NCBI GenBank assembly: GCA_029717555.1
Contig: JAMDHS010000001.1
Span: 558,001-622,000, forward strand
Direction: 5' to 3'
Length of the DNA: 64,000 nucleotides
Source: Peribolospora baueri
Lineage: Eukaryota
Shown: positions 52,193 through 64,000 of the stretch, piece by piece
Position numbering within the stretch: position 1 is the stretch's first letter
Layout of the letters: every line of letters begins with the position of its first letter
Position numbers and translations under genes: made by a program
The notes under the pieces: model-generated
What the model was told of the DNA's origin: nothing
Databases searched by the model: none
Seen by the model: only the letters and a program-made list of their open reading frames with translations

Positions 52193-54137
52193 ATGTCTGC
52201 TTTCCCATCGACGGAAGGTGCTTCCAAAGCCGCCGATGAGATGGTACTCTCCAACGCAGGCGAGCAGAACGGTGTCGGAGAGGCCGCGCCTTCCAAACCC
52301 AAGCGAAAAGTGGTCGTCCAGGCTGATCCAGCCCACATTCGCATGGACGATCCGATACCAGCATTGCAGTCTGCAGGAGAGGGGAGCGACTGTGAGGACA
52401 GTGTAGATGGGAACGTAGAGGAGGCGGAAGAGGAGGCATCGGAGGAGACTATGTTGGCTGCGTTGCCGGATGATACAGACGTGAGCGATCGATTTGACCT
52501 GGGACCTCTCCGCGAGTGCGTTCGAGTCAAATGTTCCGCTCACACTTTGCGCACGTCTCGTATTTACTTTACTTTGTCCCCATCAGGAAATTGATTTAAG
52601 TCATTCACGCCTAAGCGGTTGCTCGCTCTCCAAACTGGGCCTCGCAAGGTTCGGCCCCTTCCTCCACCGCCTGGTCCTTCGTCAGAATGAGATCAACAAG
52701 GTACGCGTGGACGACTTTACGCCGCTGACGGAGCTGCGCGAGGTGGACTTTTACGACAACAACATAAAAAAGCTCGAGCCTGGCGGACTGGGAAAGCAGC
52801 ATTTGTTGGAGTGAGTTTTGAGGACTACTCAGTGGCTCAACGTCCATCGACGGCCGGCTTGCAACTATTCAGCTGGTAGCTAATATTGTCGCCTCCTTCT
52901 TTACCGCACTTCATCCTGGCCTTCGCAGGGTTCTTGATCTCTCTTTCAACGCGATCCGATCCCTTGACGGCTTGGCAGAGTTCCTCCATCCTACACTCTC
53001 TTCCGAATTGAGTCAACTACACACCTTGTACTTCGTCCAGAACAAGATCACCAGTATTTCTGGGCTGCAGACTCTCGGTGCTAGGTTGAGGAGCTTGGAG
53101 CTAGGAGGTAACCGGATTCGAGTGAGTGGTAGCAAGCTCGTTCCGAGCGAGAAGAGATCATAATTTGCTCCCAGCGATTTTGGCCACTCTGCTGAAATGC
53201 TTGTTCTCGTCGTACCTCCATTTCCCCCCCAACGCATCTCCGATTCAACAGGAGATCGAGGGTTTGGATGAACTAGTGAACCTTGAGGAGTTGTGGCTCG
53301 GCAAAAACAAGATTACAAAGCTCCAGGTCAGTCGAGTCCCTTCTCGCTCTCTCCTCGACTTGCACTCCTTGCACAGCTGACTTCTTTATACACGCCGTCG
53401 ATTTCTATACATAACCGACAGGGGCTTTCCAAGCTTTTCAGGTTGAAAATCCTGTCTATTCAGTCGAACCGTATCACCAAGATTGAGGGTCTGGACGAGT
53501 TGACATCGCTTGAGGAGTTGTACATGAGCCACAACGGTCTGACTAAAATCGAGGGATTGGACAAATGTGTGAGTTTCTATATGTCGGTCTTTTGTTCGTC
53601 ACCTTGCTGTCCTCCTGCCTCGTTCGAGATGTGCACCAGAAAGGTGATTGACTGCGATTCTTCTGGCCTCAGAAAAACTTGCGAGTTTTCGATGCCGCGG
53701 CGAACAAACTGGAGAAGATCGAGAACGTGTCCCATCTAAGCAAGTTAGAGGAGTTTTGGGTGAGTGCGACAGATGCGTAGACCGATCATTCAGCTTGCAT
53801 TGTGGATAGAAGCATTGATGCTTTTTTTTTCGCAGGTCAACGACAATTCCATTCCTGACCTCTCCGATCTAGAGTCTCAACTCGCGCACCTCCCCAAACT
53901 TGAGACCGTCTACCTGGATGGTAACCCTTTGCAGAGGAAGGAAGGTTCTTCATACAGACGAAAGGTCAAGCTCGCTTTGCCCCAAGTCAAGCAGATCGAT
54001 GCGACGTGAGTGTGTCCGCCTAGACTACGATGTTAAGCGTAAGGCAATCTGCGGGCGCCTGGGGACCTAACAAGGAATCTATCTGCCCTTCTGCCTCCAT
54101 TGTCGTTCTTGTTCCCCCTGACAGCTATATTCGATAA
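52193..54137 (+). CDS. SDS22: PP1 regulatory subunit Sds22 (leucine-rich repeat), multi-exon
   Basis: LPDDTD|EIDLSHSRL, LVLRQNEI, DFYDNNI, LDLSFNAI, LYFVQNKI, LELGGNRIR, LWLGKNKITK, LSIQSNRITK, TVYLDGNPLQ, YRRKVKLALPQVKQIDAT|YIR*. Confidence 0.95.
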
Positions 54138-54247
54138 ATGCGAACGCACTCAGTCTTGGCCGTCTTATCCTTCGAATTCGTTTCAAACCTGTATTCTATG
54201 TATCGGCATGCCCCAAGCGTTTGCGTACGTGCGCCCCAAGCTACAAG

Positions 54248-55437
54248 CTACTGCAGCATGACGCGAAAGGTGGCGCCGAGGAGACTAAGCATGTGTCCTC
54301 CAAGCGCGCCGAACACTGGCGGGAGAGGCCATGCCTGGCAAGAGGGACAGCGAGGGTGGACGAGGGATAAAAAACGGGTCGGTATCAGTGCCCCGGCTCA
54401 AGACCTTGAGACGCCCACCCTTCTGAAGAAGGAGAAGATACTCGCCTGCCAGTCTCGTTCCCAGTCCAAAGGTATTGCGAACGCTCCTGCCCATGCACCA
54501 ACCAGGGTGCCGACGGCGGTCCAAAGCAAGATCACCTCTTCTGGCGAAGTCGGGCTAGACGGATGGGGCAAAAAGACGGCGCGAAAGAGTTGAGAATGTC
54601 AAGATGAGCACCACGTATCAAGTGTTAACGGAGGATACTCACTTAAACGCGGAAAAGACCCTGTTCCACTGCCAGTGCTTGAGGCCCCAGAAGTGGGCGG
54701 GGACTAGCACGCCAAGCAGCGAGAGGTAGGACGCGAGCAGGAAGGTGTCGACGGTGCGGCTGGAGACGATGACAAGGGAGGCAAATGAGATAGAAACAAA
54801 TTAGGCCTGCCTATGATTGAGAGAGACTGGAGAGTAGTTCAATAAAGGTTGGCTCACTCACTCGGCATACGGGGCACCGAATAGGATCACGAGCAAGTGC
54901 AGTACGACAGCGCCAGCCAAGGTGACCAGCGCTGTGATAATGTGAGACTGTGCGCAAGAGGGTAGCGTTGATGGGACGAGGGTCAGTCACAAAGCTGCTT
55001 TCGATACATTAGATGCACGGTCAATGCGATGCCAAACGCACCTCAGCCCACTCATACAAGGTCTTAGCCTTCTTCCTCCCGCCGCTCGCGCCTTCAGACC
55101 CCTTCGCTTCGGCGCGCCACTTTCCCAACTCCCTCGCCCACCAAACCTGGACAGGAAGCGTACCAAGCAAAGCTGACGCGACCGTCTTGCGCGGGTTCTT
55201 GAAGATATTGGCGCCGTCCACGGAGGCAGAGGGGGATGATATGGGGGTGCGAGGGATGTAGAAGAGCGCAAAGGAAAGCAGGAGACACTCCACGCAGGCG
55301 AGAGAGGCCAGCTTCGTCCATTTTTGTGCAGCTTTGGCGTCCTTGATCGAGCTGGGCGAGGACGTCGGTGCTGATGAGAAGGAGGAGGAGAGGGCTCCGG
55401 ATGAGGCCTTCTTCTTCGCCTTTGATTTGGAGGGCAT
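54248..55437 (-). CDS. GPI11: GPI biosynthesis protein PIG-F/Gpi11, multi-exon, last intron GC-AG
   Basis: HLLVILFGAP and GTLVGAWAGAFAIPLDWERDWQ|AWPLPPVFGALGG (PIG-F signature); stop at 54248. Confidence 0.9.
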
Positions 55438-55678
55438 GGCGGCCTTGGTGTGACGACGGTGGTGGTGGCCAAGACCTGCTGCTCTCCAACGCCTGGCGCG
55501 GTCGCGGCGAATCGCGGGTCTGATCGCCGGTCCGAAGAACGTCCGGTCCCGACGGCGATGGCGACGAAACGCTCGCATCGTCTCCTCCAACCTCAAGCCG
55601 CTCTAGATCGACTACACTCGCCCTGTGTTCGTGGCACGAGGCGCTGGGCGGCGCACACGCTCAAGGGAGGACGAAAAG

Positions 55679-57845
55679 ATGCACGACTTTGTGTCACTCG
55701 TCCTGCGGCGGTACTTCGAGGCGACGGGATGGAATGAGCACAACTCGTATCTCAACCTCACCGCTTCTTCGCGAGGTGCGTCAAGCCGAGCTCGAACGGC
55801 TCGACTGCTGCTGTTGCCGTTGTCAGGCATGGATCTGACTCTTAATCGCATCATTGGCTCGTTACCCCTGCACTCAGCGATCCTCGACTTTTCCGTGCCT
55901 CCCGGCCTTAATTTGCGCATCTCCAAGTCTCCCACCCCCCCCTTCTTCACTTCCTACTCCCTTCGCGCCCTTCCGACACTTAGCGGCTCAGTTGGTTATA
56001 TCTTCACGTCATGCGACAATCCAGTGAATATTGGCGGTGCGAGTGGGAGCGTACGCCTCAAAGACGTGGTGGAGCGTTTCAGGACGTTCGATTTTCCTAA
56101 GCGACCCGAAGGCAAGGACGCCGTTTGGCAGGGTGGCCAGCGCGTAGATACCAGAGGTGATTATTGCCGCCTGTCTAACTGAAGAGGAGACGGTCGTTCT
56201 CCTTGAAACGCCATGAAGACGTCGTCTCCTGACCCGCTTGCTTACTTCGTCAGACTATCTCATGTACGGCTGTCTGTACATCCCCACCTCGCGACTGGAC
56301 GCTTTGTACACTACCCGGCTCTCAAGAACCTGGCAAGCCGTTGTCGCCGCCATCTCCGACCCACGCCCGCTTTCGTCTTCTTCCAGCTCAGGCGCGACGC
56401 CGACGTCCGGCGGTCCTCCAGCCCTCCCGGGGGCGAGTAATGTGACGATCAACCTGCAGAACGATACCGGTCGCTGCTGCACCGAGTATAGTTACAGCGC
56501 GGACGACGGCATGTGGGGCATTCGGACACTTTATAACTTTGGCTCCCCATCCTCTGAGAAGCCAGCGAGCGGTATGGGTTCAGCAGGCGTCAGTGGGAGC
56601 ACGGAGAAAGACGATGGGCGGCAGAAGAGGATTGATGAGGAAGAGGCTATTGAAGGCGGCTTAAGAGGCCATTTCAGTGCCGGTGCTGAGATGTACTTCA
56701 GTGCCAGAGAGAAGAGCGCTGGATGTGAGTGTCACTTCTGTCCCTGTAATGCACGAGTGCCCACGGCGAGAGCTCATGTTCCTTTCTTCACTTGCTGGCC
56801 TTGTCGTCATCTCAGTGTCCACCGGGGTCCGATTCACAACCCTTCCCGACCAGTCTCTTGTCTCTCCTTCCCTGGCTTCCTCGCCATACTCTCAGAATGT
56901 CCCTTATTACCCCTCTCAGCCACCGACGACCATCACCGCCACTTTCAATCCCATGATGGGGCACATCAGCACTGCCTACGCGGCCCGGATGAGTAGAAAT
57001 TTTTCGGTCTGCTCACGGTGAGTGTCATCAGGAGGTCCGGTGTTCTCAAGAAATTTTCTTCTCCCTAACCTATGATGCCGTCCTTCTATCCTCGCAGCTT
57101 CGACTTCAATATGTATTCTTACGACTCGGACATCACTCTCGGAGCTGAGTGGTGGATGCGCTCCAGACCGAGACCGCTCCACACTATCGCACCCCAGACG
57201 CGGGATCCATTTTACCAGGAAGCGTCATCCAAGCCAAAACCTGTACCAGCGCCGTCAGACCATGACGACACGACATCTTCCCAAAGCTCCTTATCGTCGG
57301 GCCTTCCGGAAGCAGACGTGACCGAGGCCTCGTCGAAAGCACACATGCTCAACGCCGGAAATCCCAATGGCCTCAACGCAGCATCTGGCTTTTCTGGTGA
57401 AGAGCGAGAAGAGCGAGAACTGAGTGCCCAGTGGAAGAGGAAGCCTGCCGCATGGTCTCTGAACAAGCGTGTCGGCGAGGAAGATGTGGACAGAATAGAC
57501 GGCGTGAGCTCGCCCGCCATTACGGCGCGGGAGGAAAAGGGGAGGGAGGAGGTTAAGCAGGATGAAGGTATCATTGGTGTGGTCAAGGCTCGGGTAGGGG
57601 CGAATGCAGTGAGTGACTCTCGATCATTGCTCCTTTTGGTAGCCCCCTTTTGGCTCCTAGCTCACCCATATAACCGCTGTATTCTCGTCACTTTGCGCTC
57701 CAAGGACGTCGCGTTGATGTGGGAAGGGAGGCTCTACAACTGCCTCGTTTCGCTTGGTGTCGTGGCCGACCTCGGCTCTCGACTTCGGCCCATCCGTGCC
57801 GTTGGATTGGATCTACAGTACTTTAGCTCGAGCGACGCTGAGTGA
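55679..57845 (+). CDS. MDM10: Mitochondrial distribution and morphology protein Mdm10 (ERMES/SAM beta-barrel), multi-exon
   Basis: MHDFVSLVLRRYFEATGWNEHNSYLNLT, ILDFSVPPGL, DYLMYGCLYIP, FSAGAEMYFS, STGVRFTTLP, NPMMGHISTAY, FDFNMYSYDSD, ALMWEGR, GLDLQYFS. Confidence 0.94.
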
Positions 57846-58389
57846 AAAGTGCAGGCGCGCCTCCATCGGCCTTTTACTAAAGCCAATTCGAATAGTGGTG
57901 CCGCCGGCGTCGCTGTAGTTGGCTACCTCCGAAGCTGCACCCAAGACAATGAAAACGGTCACATCAGTCATCGCACACTGCCACGCTCCCCGAAAATCTT
58001 CGAGCGCTTTCAATTCCGTAATAGTCAAAACACGTCTTGTCCGTCGGCATGCCAGGCTAGCTTATCTGATACCCGGAAGACTGCCACAAACGATCCCGAG
58101 CTCCCTCCGTCCTGCCCAATGTATGTAAAGAGGCAGCACATCACGTGGCGATAACGGCCTGCTACCATAGGCACAATGTTCAGCGCTATCGCCCTAGCAA
58201 CAACCCGCCGGCCCGCCGGCGTCGCTCTCGGCACCATGGCTGCACTGGCGGGCGATTTGCTCTTTACATATGCGAGAAAGCGGACGGGAGCTCTCATCGA
58301 GAGCCTCAGTGCGTCTAACATATATTTTGTGCCTCGCTCACCACCTCTGTCATCATCCCACCATTTTGCGACTCTGCCCCTTACCCAGT

Positions 58390-58690
58390 AAGAAGAGACG
58401 AGTTTTCAACGGGGAGGGAAGATAAAGCAGCAACAAGAAACGGGTCTTCAACAGGGAGGGAAGATAAAGCAGCGAGAAGAAAAGGGGCTTCAACAAGAAA
58501 GAAACCGGTCTTCAACAGGGAGGCGGATAAAACGGCAAGAAGAAACGGTCTTCAACGATGTCGTGCCACGTGGCAAAATGGAAAGGCGTGGACGGAGAAT
58601 AAGTGGAAGGGGATTAGCGAGTTGAAAAACAAGGAGGTTAATAATAAAGCAGTAAGCAGAGACAAGTCTTCAAAGGGGAGGGAGGATAAA
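58390..58690. repeat. Degenerate ~42-bp minisatellite (5-6 copies, core agaaacggtcttcaacagggagggaagataaagcagc)
   Basis: TTCAAC core recurs five times between 58405 and 58556, with a detached copy at ~58641-58690; no long open frame through the array. Confidence 0.85.
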
Positions 58691-59527
58691 CCGTTTGCTC
58701 TGGCCTCCATGGCCGTCTGCCCAATTGAATGGTGTTCTTAACTATTTTGCCTTCTTCGACGGCATGACGCTGGCAGGACTCGCCCCTTTTTCCGGAATGT
58801 TGCAGCTGGGCTGCTACGGGTTCTACATCATCAAGATCGCCCACGACGAGAGGAGCTTGGGCGGTCGAGCCCCGCAGGGGCTAAGGTTCAGGCAGCCGAC
58901 CGACTTGAAATGAAAGGGGCACAAATGGTCGGTTCCGAGGCGTTTCCTCGCAATTGCAATCGAAATCGCCTCTGCCATTTACAGATGCGCATTTTACTAC
59001 ACTATCTGTCAAAGATGTAGGACTGTTTTCTGACCATCTGTGATGGAGAAAAAATATTATCCTTCCCCGGCGATGCTCCAGGACGACCTGGCCTCGGCCA
59101 CAAAGCGGCATGCCTCTCCTTACCTCGTCTCTCTCGGTGTAAGCTCTGTGGATGAGTACGGTTGTTCTGGACACGGCCAAAGATGTGGCTTGCTCGTATT
59201 CTCTTCGCCTTGGGTCATCGAAGTGTGTCGAGTGCTTGAAATGTCCATCCATCCTCGTGTATGCGACGATTGACTGATAGATAAGACGTGGTCGGTCCGG
59301 AGCCCGTCTTGCGGAACCGATCCCGACTTGGGCGGATATCTGTCGGATATCTTCGGCCTTTGCACATCGGCGGGTCTGCTTGACTCAGGCGAACCGCCCA
59401 CACGCGACTACTCCACCTCCTCATCCTCGTCAGTGCTCGGCCACCGAACAGCAAGCGTGGGCGACGACTGTGCCCCCTGCTCTCCTGGCCTGGTCGAGAG
59501 CGGGCAAGTCGAGTTGCACTGTCAACC

Positions 59528-62516
59528 ATGGCCCTCAGCAGCTCGTTTTCCGACAACTCGGAGCAGGCTCCCCTCCTCTCCCGGTCCTCTTCCGCCACGA
59601 TCGTCGGGCCTCCACACAGCGATGCACATCCCTCTTACCAGTCCATTACCACGTCCGACGGAACCGTCACTCACGACGCACGCAGTGAAAATGGACATGA
59701 CGTGAACGCGTCGATAAATGCGGACAATGCGACGAAGCCAAAGGAGATGAAGGTGAAGGAGAGCCCGCCATGGAGCAAGCTGGTCCCCATTCTCGCCAGC
59801 CTTTGGATGGCCGTCTTCATGGGCGCGTTGGACGGTGAGTTGTCACGAATCGCGTGGCGCTCCTCCGCAGGCGGCCATGTAGTCCTCGAATCGTTCAAGC
59901 ATCGGAAAGTGAAAACAGACGTCCTTCGTGGATATCTAACTCGACCTGTCTGCGTCGTCAATCGCTCTACACCGTCAGGCACGATCGTCGCGACCCTCCT
60001 ATCCTCCATTTCGTCCTCCTTTGATGCCTCCAACCAATCCAGCTGGCTGGGCAGCTCCTACCTCCTCTCCGTTTGCTGCTTCACTCCGATCTACGGCCGG
60101 CTGAGCGACATCATTGGCCGGAGGTCGGCCATGCTCATTGCTCTTGGGTTTTTCATCGTGAGTGTGTTATGTCAAACATCTATGATAAGGAGTGCGAGTC
60201 GTGCTTGATGAACTTTTTTTTGACCTTTATGTGACGACGTTGAAACGCCTGTCTCTTTTCGCCGTCCCGTAGCTCGGAACCATCGCTTGCGGCTTGGCCC
60301 CGTCGATGCAAGCCCTCATTGCAGCTCGAGCGTTGGCAGGGTGAGAAGGAAGCACATCCCACTTTACCGGCTTCCATTTTTGAAAAGGCGTTCCTGACAC
60401 ATTTCTCCCGTCTGATTTGTGATCTCTCTCTTGTCCTCTCTTTCCCTCTCCGAAGCGTGGGCGGCGGCGGTATGATGACTTGCTCGTCCATCATCGTCAC
60501 CGACCTCATTCCCATCCGCAAGAGAGGCCTCTATCAGGGCATGGCCAACATCCTCTTCGGCGCTGGAGCCGGTCTGGGAGGACCGCTTGGCGGGTTCTTG
60601 AACGACACCAAGGGCTGGAGGTTTGCTTTCTTGGCCCAAGTGAGCAAACCACTCTCTTCCTCGCAAGGTCCAGTGAAAGGCCTTCGACAGTTGTAATCCT
60701 TCAGAATTCGAGCATATGCATCATTATCATCGTGCTCACCTTATTTCCGTGCATCTCCTGGAACCCTATGCAGGTCCCCTTCCTCATCCTCGCGTTCGTT
60801 TGCGTCTCTATCTTCGTCAACGTTCCTCTTCCAGAGTCTGGACAGACGCTCCGAGAGAAGCTCGTGAGTGCAGCTCGTGGCTTCATCGCCCATGAACCAA
60901 TCTTCTTTTTGGTTGCCTATTTGAATTTCGACCTGATCGAATTTGGTCTATCGCTTTTCTTTCGCTGGGATTCACGGTCGCACAGGCACGCATCGACTAC
61001 CTCGGCTCGCTTACGCTGGTCATCACAATTGCCTCGCTTCTCCTCTCTCTTTCCTTCCTCTCCTCCGAAGATATGCCCTTCACCCACCCGCTCGTGTGGG
61101 GTCTCTTCGTCAACTTCATTGTCTTCGCCATCGTTTTTGTAGCCGTCGAGATCTGGGTCGCAAAGGCGCCTGTCATGCCCATGAGACTGCTACGGCAGAG
61201 AACGCCGCTCTTCGTTTCGCTGAGCAACCTGACTTGTGTGAGTTGAAGCGCCACCGCGCTCCTTTTGGTGGAATTGTTTGCAGCCACCCAGCCTGTCTGC
61301 TCCGCAGTCGCTCATTCCTGCGTTTCACTCGTCTGTCACAGTCCGGCGGCGCCTTTGCGGTCCTTTATATGTACCCCATGTACTTCCAGGCCGTGCAACT
61401 CCAATCAGCAAAGGTAGCAGGTGCGCTAGTTTATTCGATCTATCCTAGCTCCCTTTGAAGGGCCTCGCAGTTGTCCTCTCGCAGAGCTTCGATCACCTCC
61501 TTATACCAGAATCCTCTCCATGGCAGGGTACCACCTGATCCCAAACTCAGTAGCGCTCTCGTTGGGCTCAGTGGGAGCAGGCCTCTGGATGCGTGCGACG
61601 GGCAAGTACTGGAACTTCAACGTCTTCTGCGCCATTCTTCCTGTCATCAGCTTCTCGTACATTTGCACGTGGGGGGAGAATGTACCCAAGATGCTCGAGT
61701 ACATCGCCATCGTGCCTGGCGGTTTTGGCGTCAGCAGCATCATCACGACCACCTTGAGTGAGCGACGCGCGCCTAACACGGTGGAAGAGGTTTTGGTAGG
61801 ATGTATCCGGGCTCATCATTGTCTTTTTGTCCATCCTCTTCGCACAGTCGCCCTTATCTCTGGCGTTTCGCGCTCCGATCTCGCCGTAGCCACTGGAGGT
61901 ACGTCACCGCTTTTCCTAAACATGGCTCCCGCACTTGTTCCCGTTGTCTTCACCGGAAAAATTGGCAGGCTTACAGGCTTTTTACCTTGTCGGAACCGCA
62001 TCCAGTGAGCTATCTGTTCCGCTCGACGGGTCAGGTCCTCGGCGTGGCCGTGTCCGGCACTCTCCTGCAGAGCCTGCTAACCTCGCAGCTCAAGGAACGC
62101 ATCACTGGCGAAGGTAGTAATGAGGTGCGTGACAGACCGGCTTTCTCCGCGATCCTACACTTTCGGTTTCCAGAGGGGATCGGATTAAATGGCCGTTGTT
62201 CCCCATTTTGTTGCACCACGCTGAATTCACTTGTTCACTGCCGCGCTTGCAGATCATCTCCGCGATACGACACAACGCTTCTATCGTGCCCACCCTTCCA
62301 TTGGAGCTTCGCAACGCTGCAGTGGAGTCGTACCGGCATGCGCTGCGCGCCGTGTTCATCTTCATCACCGCTGTCTACATTGTCACCTTCTTGCTCTGCC
62401 TTCCCATCGGCGAACACGATCTCGGCGGACTAGGGGACGAGAAGAAGGGCTGTGGAACGACGCGCGAGGAGGGTGAGCGGCCGGCTGAAGAAGGGGGGGG
62501 CGAGAGGGAGGCTTGA
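59528..62516 (+). CDS. Major facilitator superfamily transporter (DHA2/Vba-like), multi-exon
   Basis: FMGALDG|TIVAT, SWLGSSYLL, TPIYGRLSDIIGRR, TDLIPIRKRGLYQG, GLGGPLGG, GWRFAFLAQ|VP, SYLFRSTGQVLGVA. Confidence 0.92.
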
Positions 62517-62551
62517 ATAGACGAAGGTTTCACGTTTAGACGGACATCATG

Positions 62552-62553
<2 letters not shown>

Positions 62554-62594
<41 letters not shown>
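62554..62594. repeat. (TA)n microsatellite between convergent 3' ends
   Basis: About 20 perfect TA units. Confidence 0.95.
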
Positions 62595-62597
<3 letters not shown>

Positions 62598-62923
62598 GAC
62601 TTTGTCGTCCGTACTGGAAGGGCTCGGACGGGATGACGGAGGTTGAGGGCGACCAGCTCCCCACTTTGCTCCCTCTCCTTTAGTCCGTTTGGCCATCCAG
62701 CCCTTTTCTACTTGGATTCCGCATAGCTCTAAACCATCTCCCGGAAGGAACGAATGTAACGAGACGAGCAAGAGAAACGCGAGCGACTACGTTGTGTTTC
62801 CTTTCCATTCGGGCTCGGCCGGCCACGTCAACGGATCGTCTAAGGTCTATCCGAGAACCATGCCGAGAACCATGCAGACGGCAGTATGACACGCACGTTT
62901 GCGCCTATCAGAGCCGCTGCCAC

Positions 62924-64000
62924 TCAAACCGGATGGGCCTTTCCCTCCGGCGTGCGCGCGACCCAAGCTCCACCGCTCGTCACCTGCGCAATGATTTCCT
63001 CCACCCTCTCCTTCACGACCCTCTCGCATTCGTCCACCATCCCTCTCAGTACTTTCTCCTCGCCAAGGCTATCCTCCCCCTCCTCGTGGCCCACCAACAA
63101 ACCCTCCCACACCCTCTTCCTCCCCAAAATGGCCCAATTCTTGGTGCTCGGTATCCTCAGTGCTTCCTTCTCTGGCACATAGCCACATCGGAGGTGAAGG
63201 TTGGAGATGTAGGAGAGGTATGCGACGTTGCCTGACTGTACGGTCGTGGAGAGGAGGGTTGATGCTGGGCCACGAGAGAGGTGTTGGATGATCTCTGCTT
63301 CTCTCCTTTTCCTCCTTTCTTCCCACCCCGGGCGCCCTTCAAGTCCAGAGGGCACCACCATCAGCTGTGCCACCTCTGCATCGACGGCGCTCTGTTTCTT
63401 GGTCCTCCTGAACTTTCCATCTAGTTGCCACAGGCAACAGGGGATGTTGATAAATGATGCCCCAGGGATCTGGGCAGCCAATAGGGGGATCCAGGGCGTC
63501 AGTTCGTCTGCATGGTTGCCTATTAAGAAGGAGTTTGGTCGGAAAATGGGATCCCCGTCTGCCTGAGCGTTGCCATCATGGGAGCGTGCGGTGGGGTCAG
63601 AAGCGAGATTCGATGCTGAACGAGGACGTTGAGAGATGACCGGAGCCCTAGTGGGATCGAGGGAGCAGACCCTCAGATCTGCGACCGGCTGGAAGTTGGC
63701 CCAGCTCTTGCGCCCACGGAGGTCAAAGCCGTAGCCTTCATAGCCCTGTGGGGGCCAAAGATATGATCGCGTGCCAAACGAGACCATCAGTTGGGATATA
63801 CGCATAAGATCTTTCAAAAAACAAACTTAAGTGTGGACGGCTCCTTGTGATTCTATAATTCCGCCCGCTAGAAGCCAAGCTCACCTCGTTGTTGAGGATA
63901 TACACCAGCAGCCCGTTCCCACATCCGACGTCCACAAACCCACCCGGCGGTCTCGGCCAATCATTCCACTCTCCCGTTCCTTCTTCCCTTCCATCCTCGT
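62924..64000 (-). CDS. TRM44: tRNA(Ser) Um44 2'-O-methyltransferase, 3' part (runs off the window)
   Basis: GFVDVGCGNGLLVYILNNE|GYEGYGFDLRGRKSW, FLIGNHADELTPWIP, IPCC, EALRIPSTKNWAILGR. Confidence 0.92.

Noticed and set aside
58390..58560. Repeat array as a CRISPR array or a repeated lipopeptide pheromone precursor
   Set aside because: No unique spacers, eukaryotic context, frames interrupted by stops and no repeated CAAX units.

Overview
Gene-dense, intron-rich, GC-rich eukaryotic DNA, most likely from a basidiomycete fungus (inferred from ~100-nt GT-AG introns with CTRAC/CTCAC branch sites and from gene content). It holds about 20 protein-coding loci, mostly conserved housekeeping genes: a neurofibromin/IRA-type RasGAP, aminopeptidase P, SmF, translin, RTP1, mitochondrial uS15, a Gfo/Idh/MocA oxidoreductase, a TDA10-like kinase, YPT1, RPA43, a ZNF706-like zinc finger missed by the ORF track, a coiled-coil protein, a DCR2-like phosphoesterase, SmG, SDS22, GPI11, MDM10, an MFS transporter and a partial TRM44. 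The anomalous part is about 20.5-23.3 kb. A short-chain dehydrogenase (SDR) gene there has its exons split across both strands: two internal exons are inverted, both breakpoints lie inside introns, all splice phases still join and there are no stops. Its 5' end is replaced by transposon-like GC-rich direct repeats followed by an orphan secreted protein gene with Kex2-type sites. All annotations come from manual translation, splicing and motif recognition; no database searches were run.
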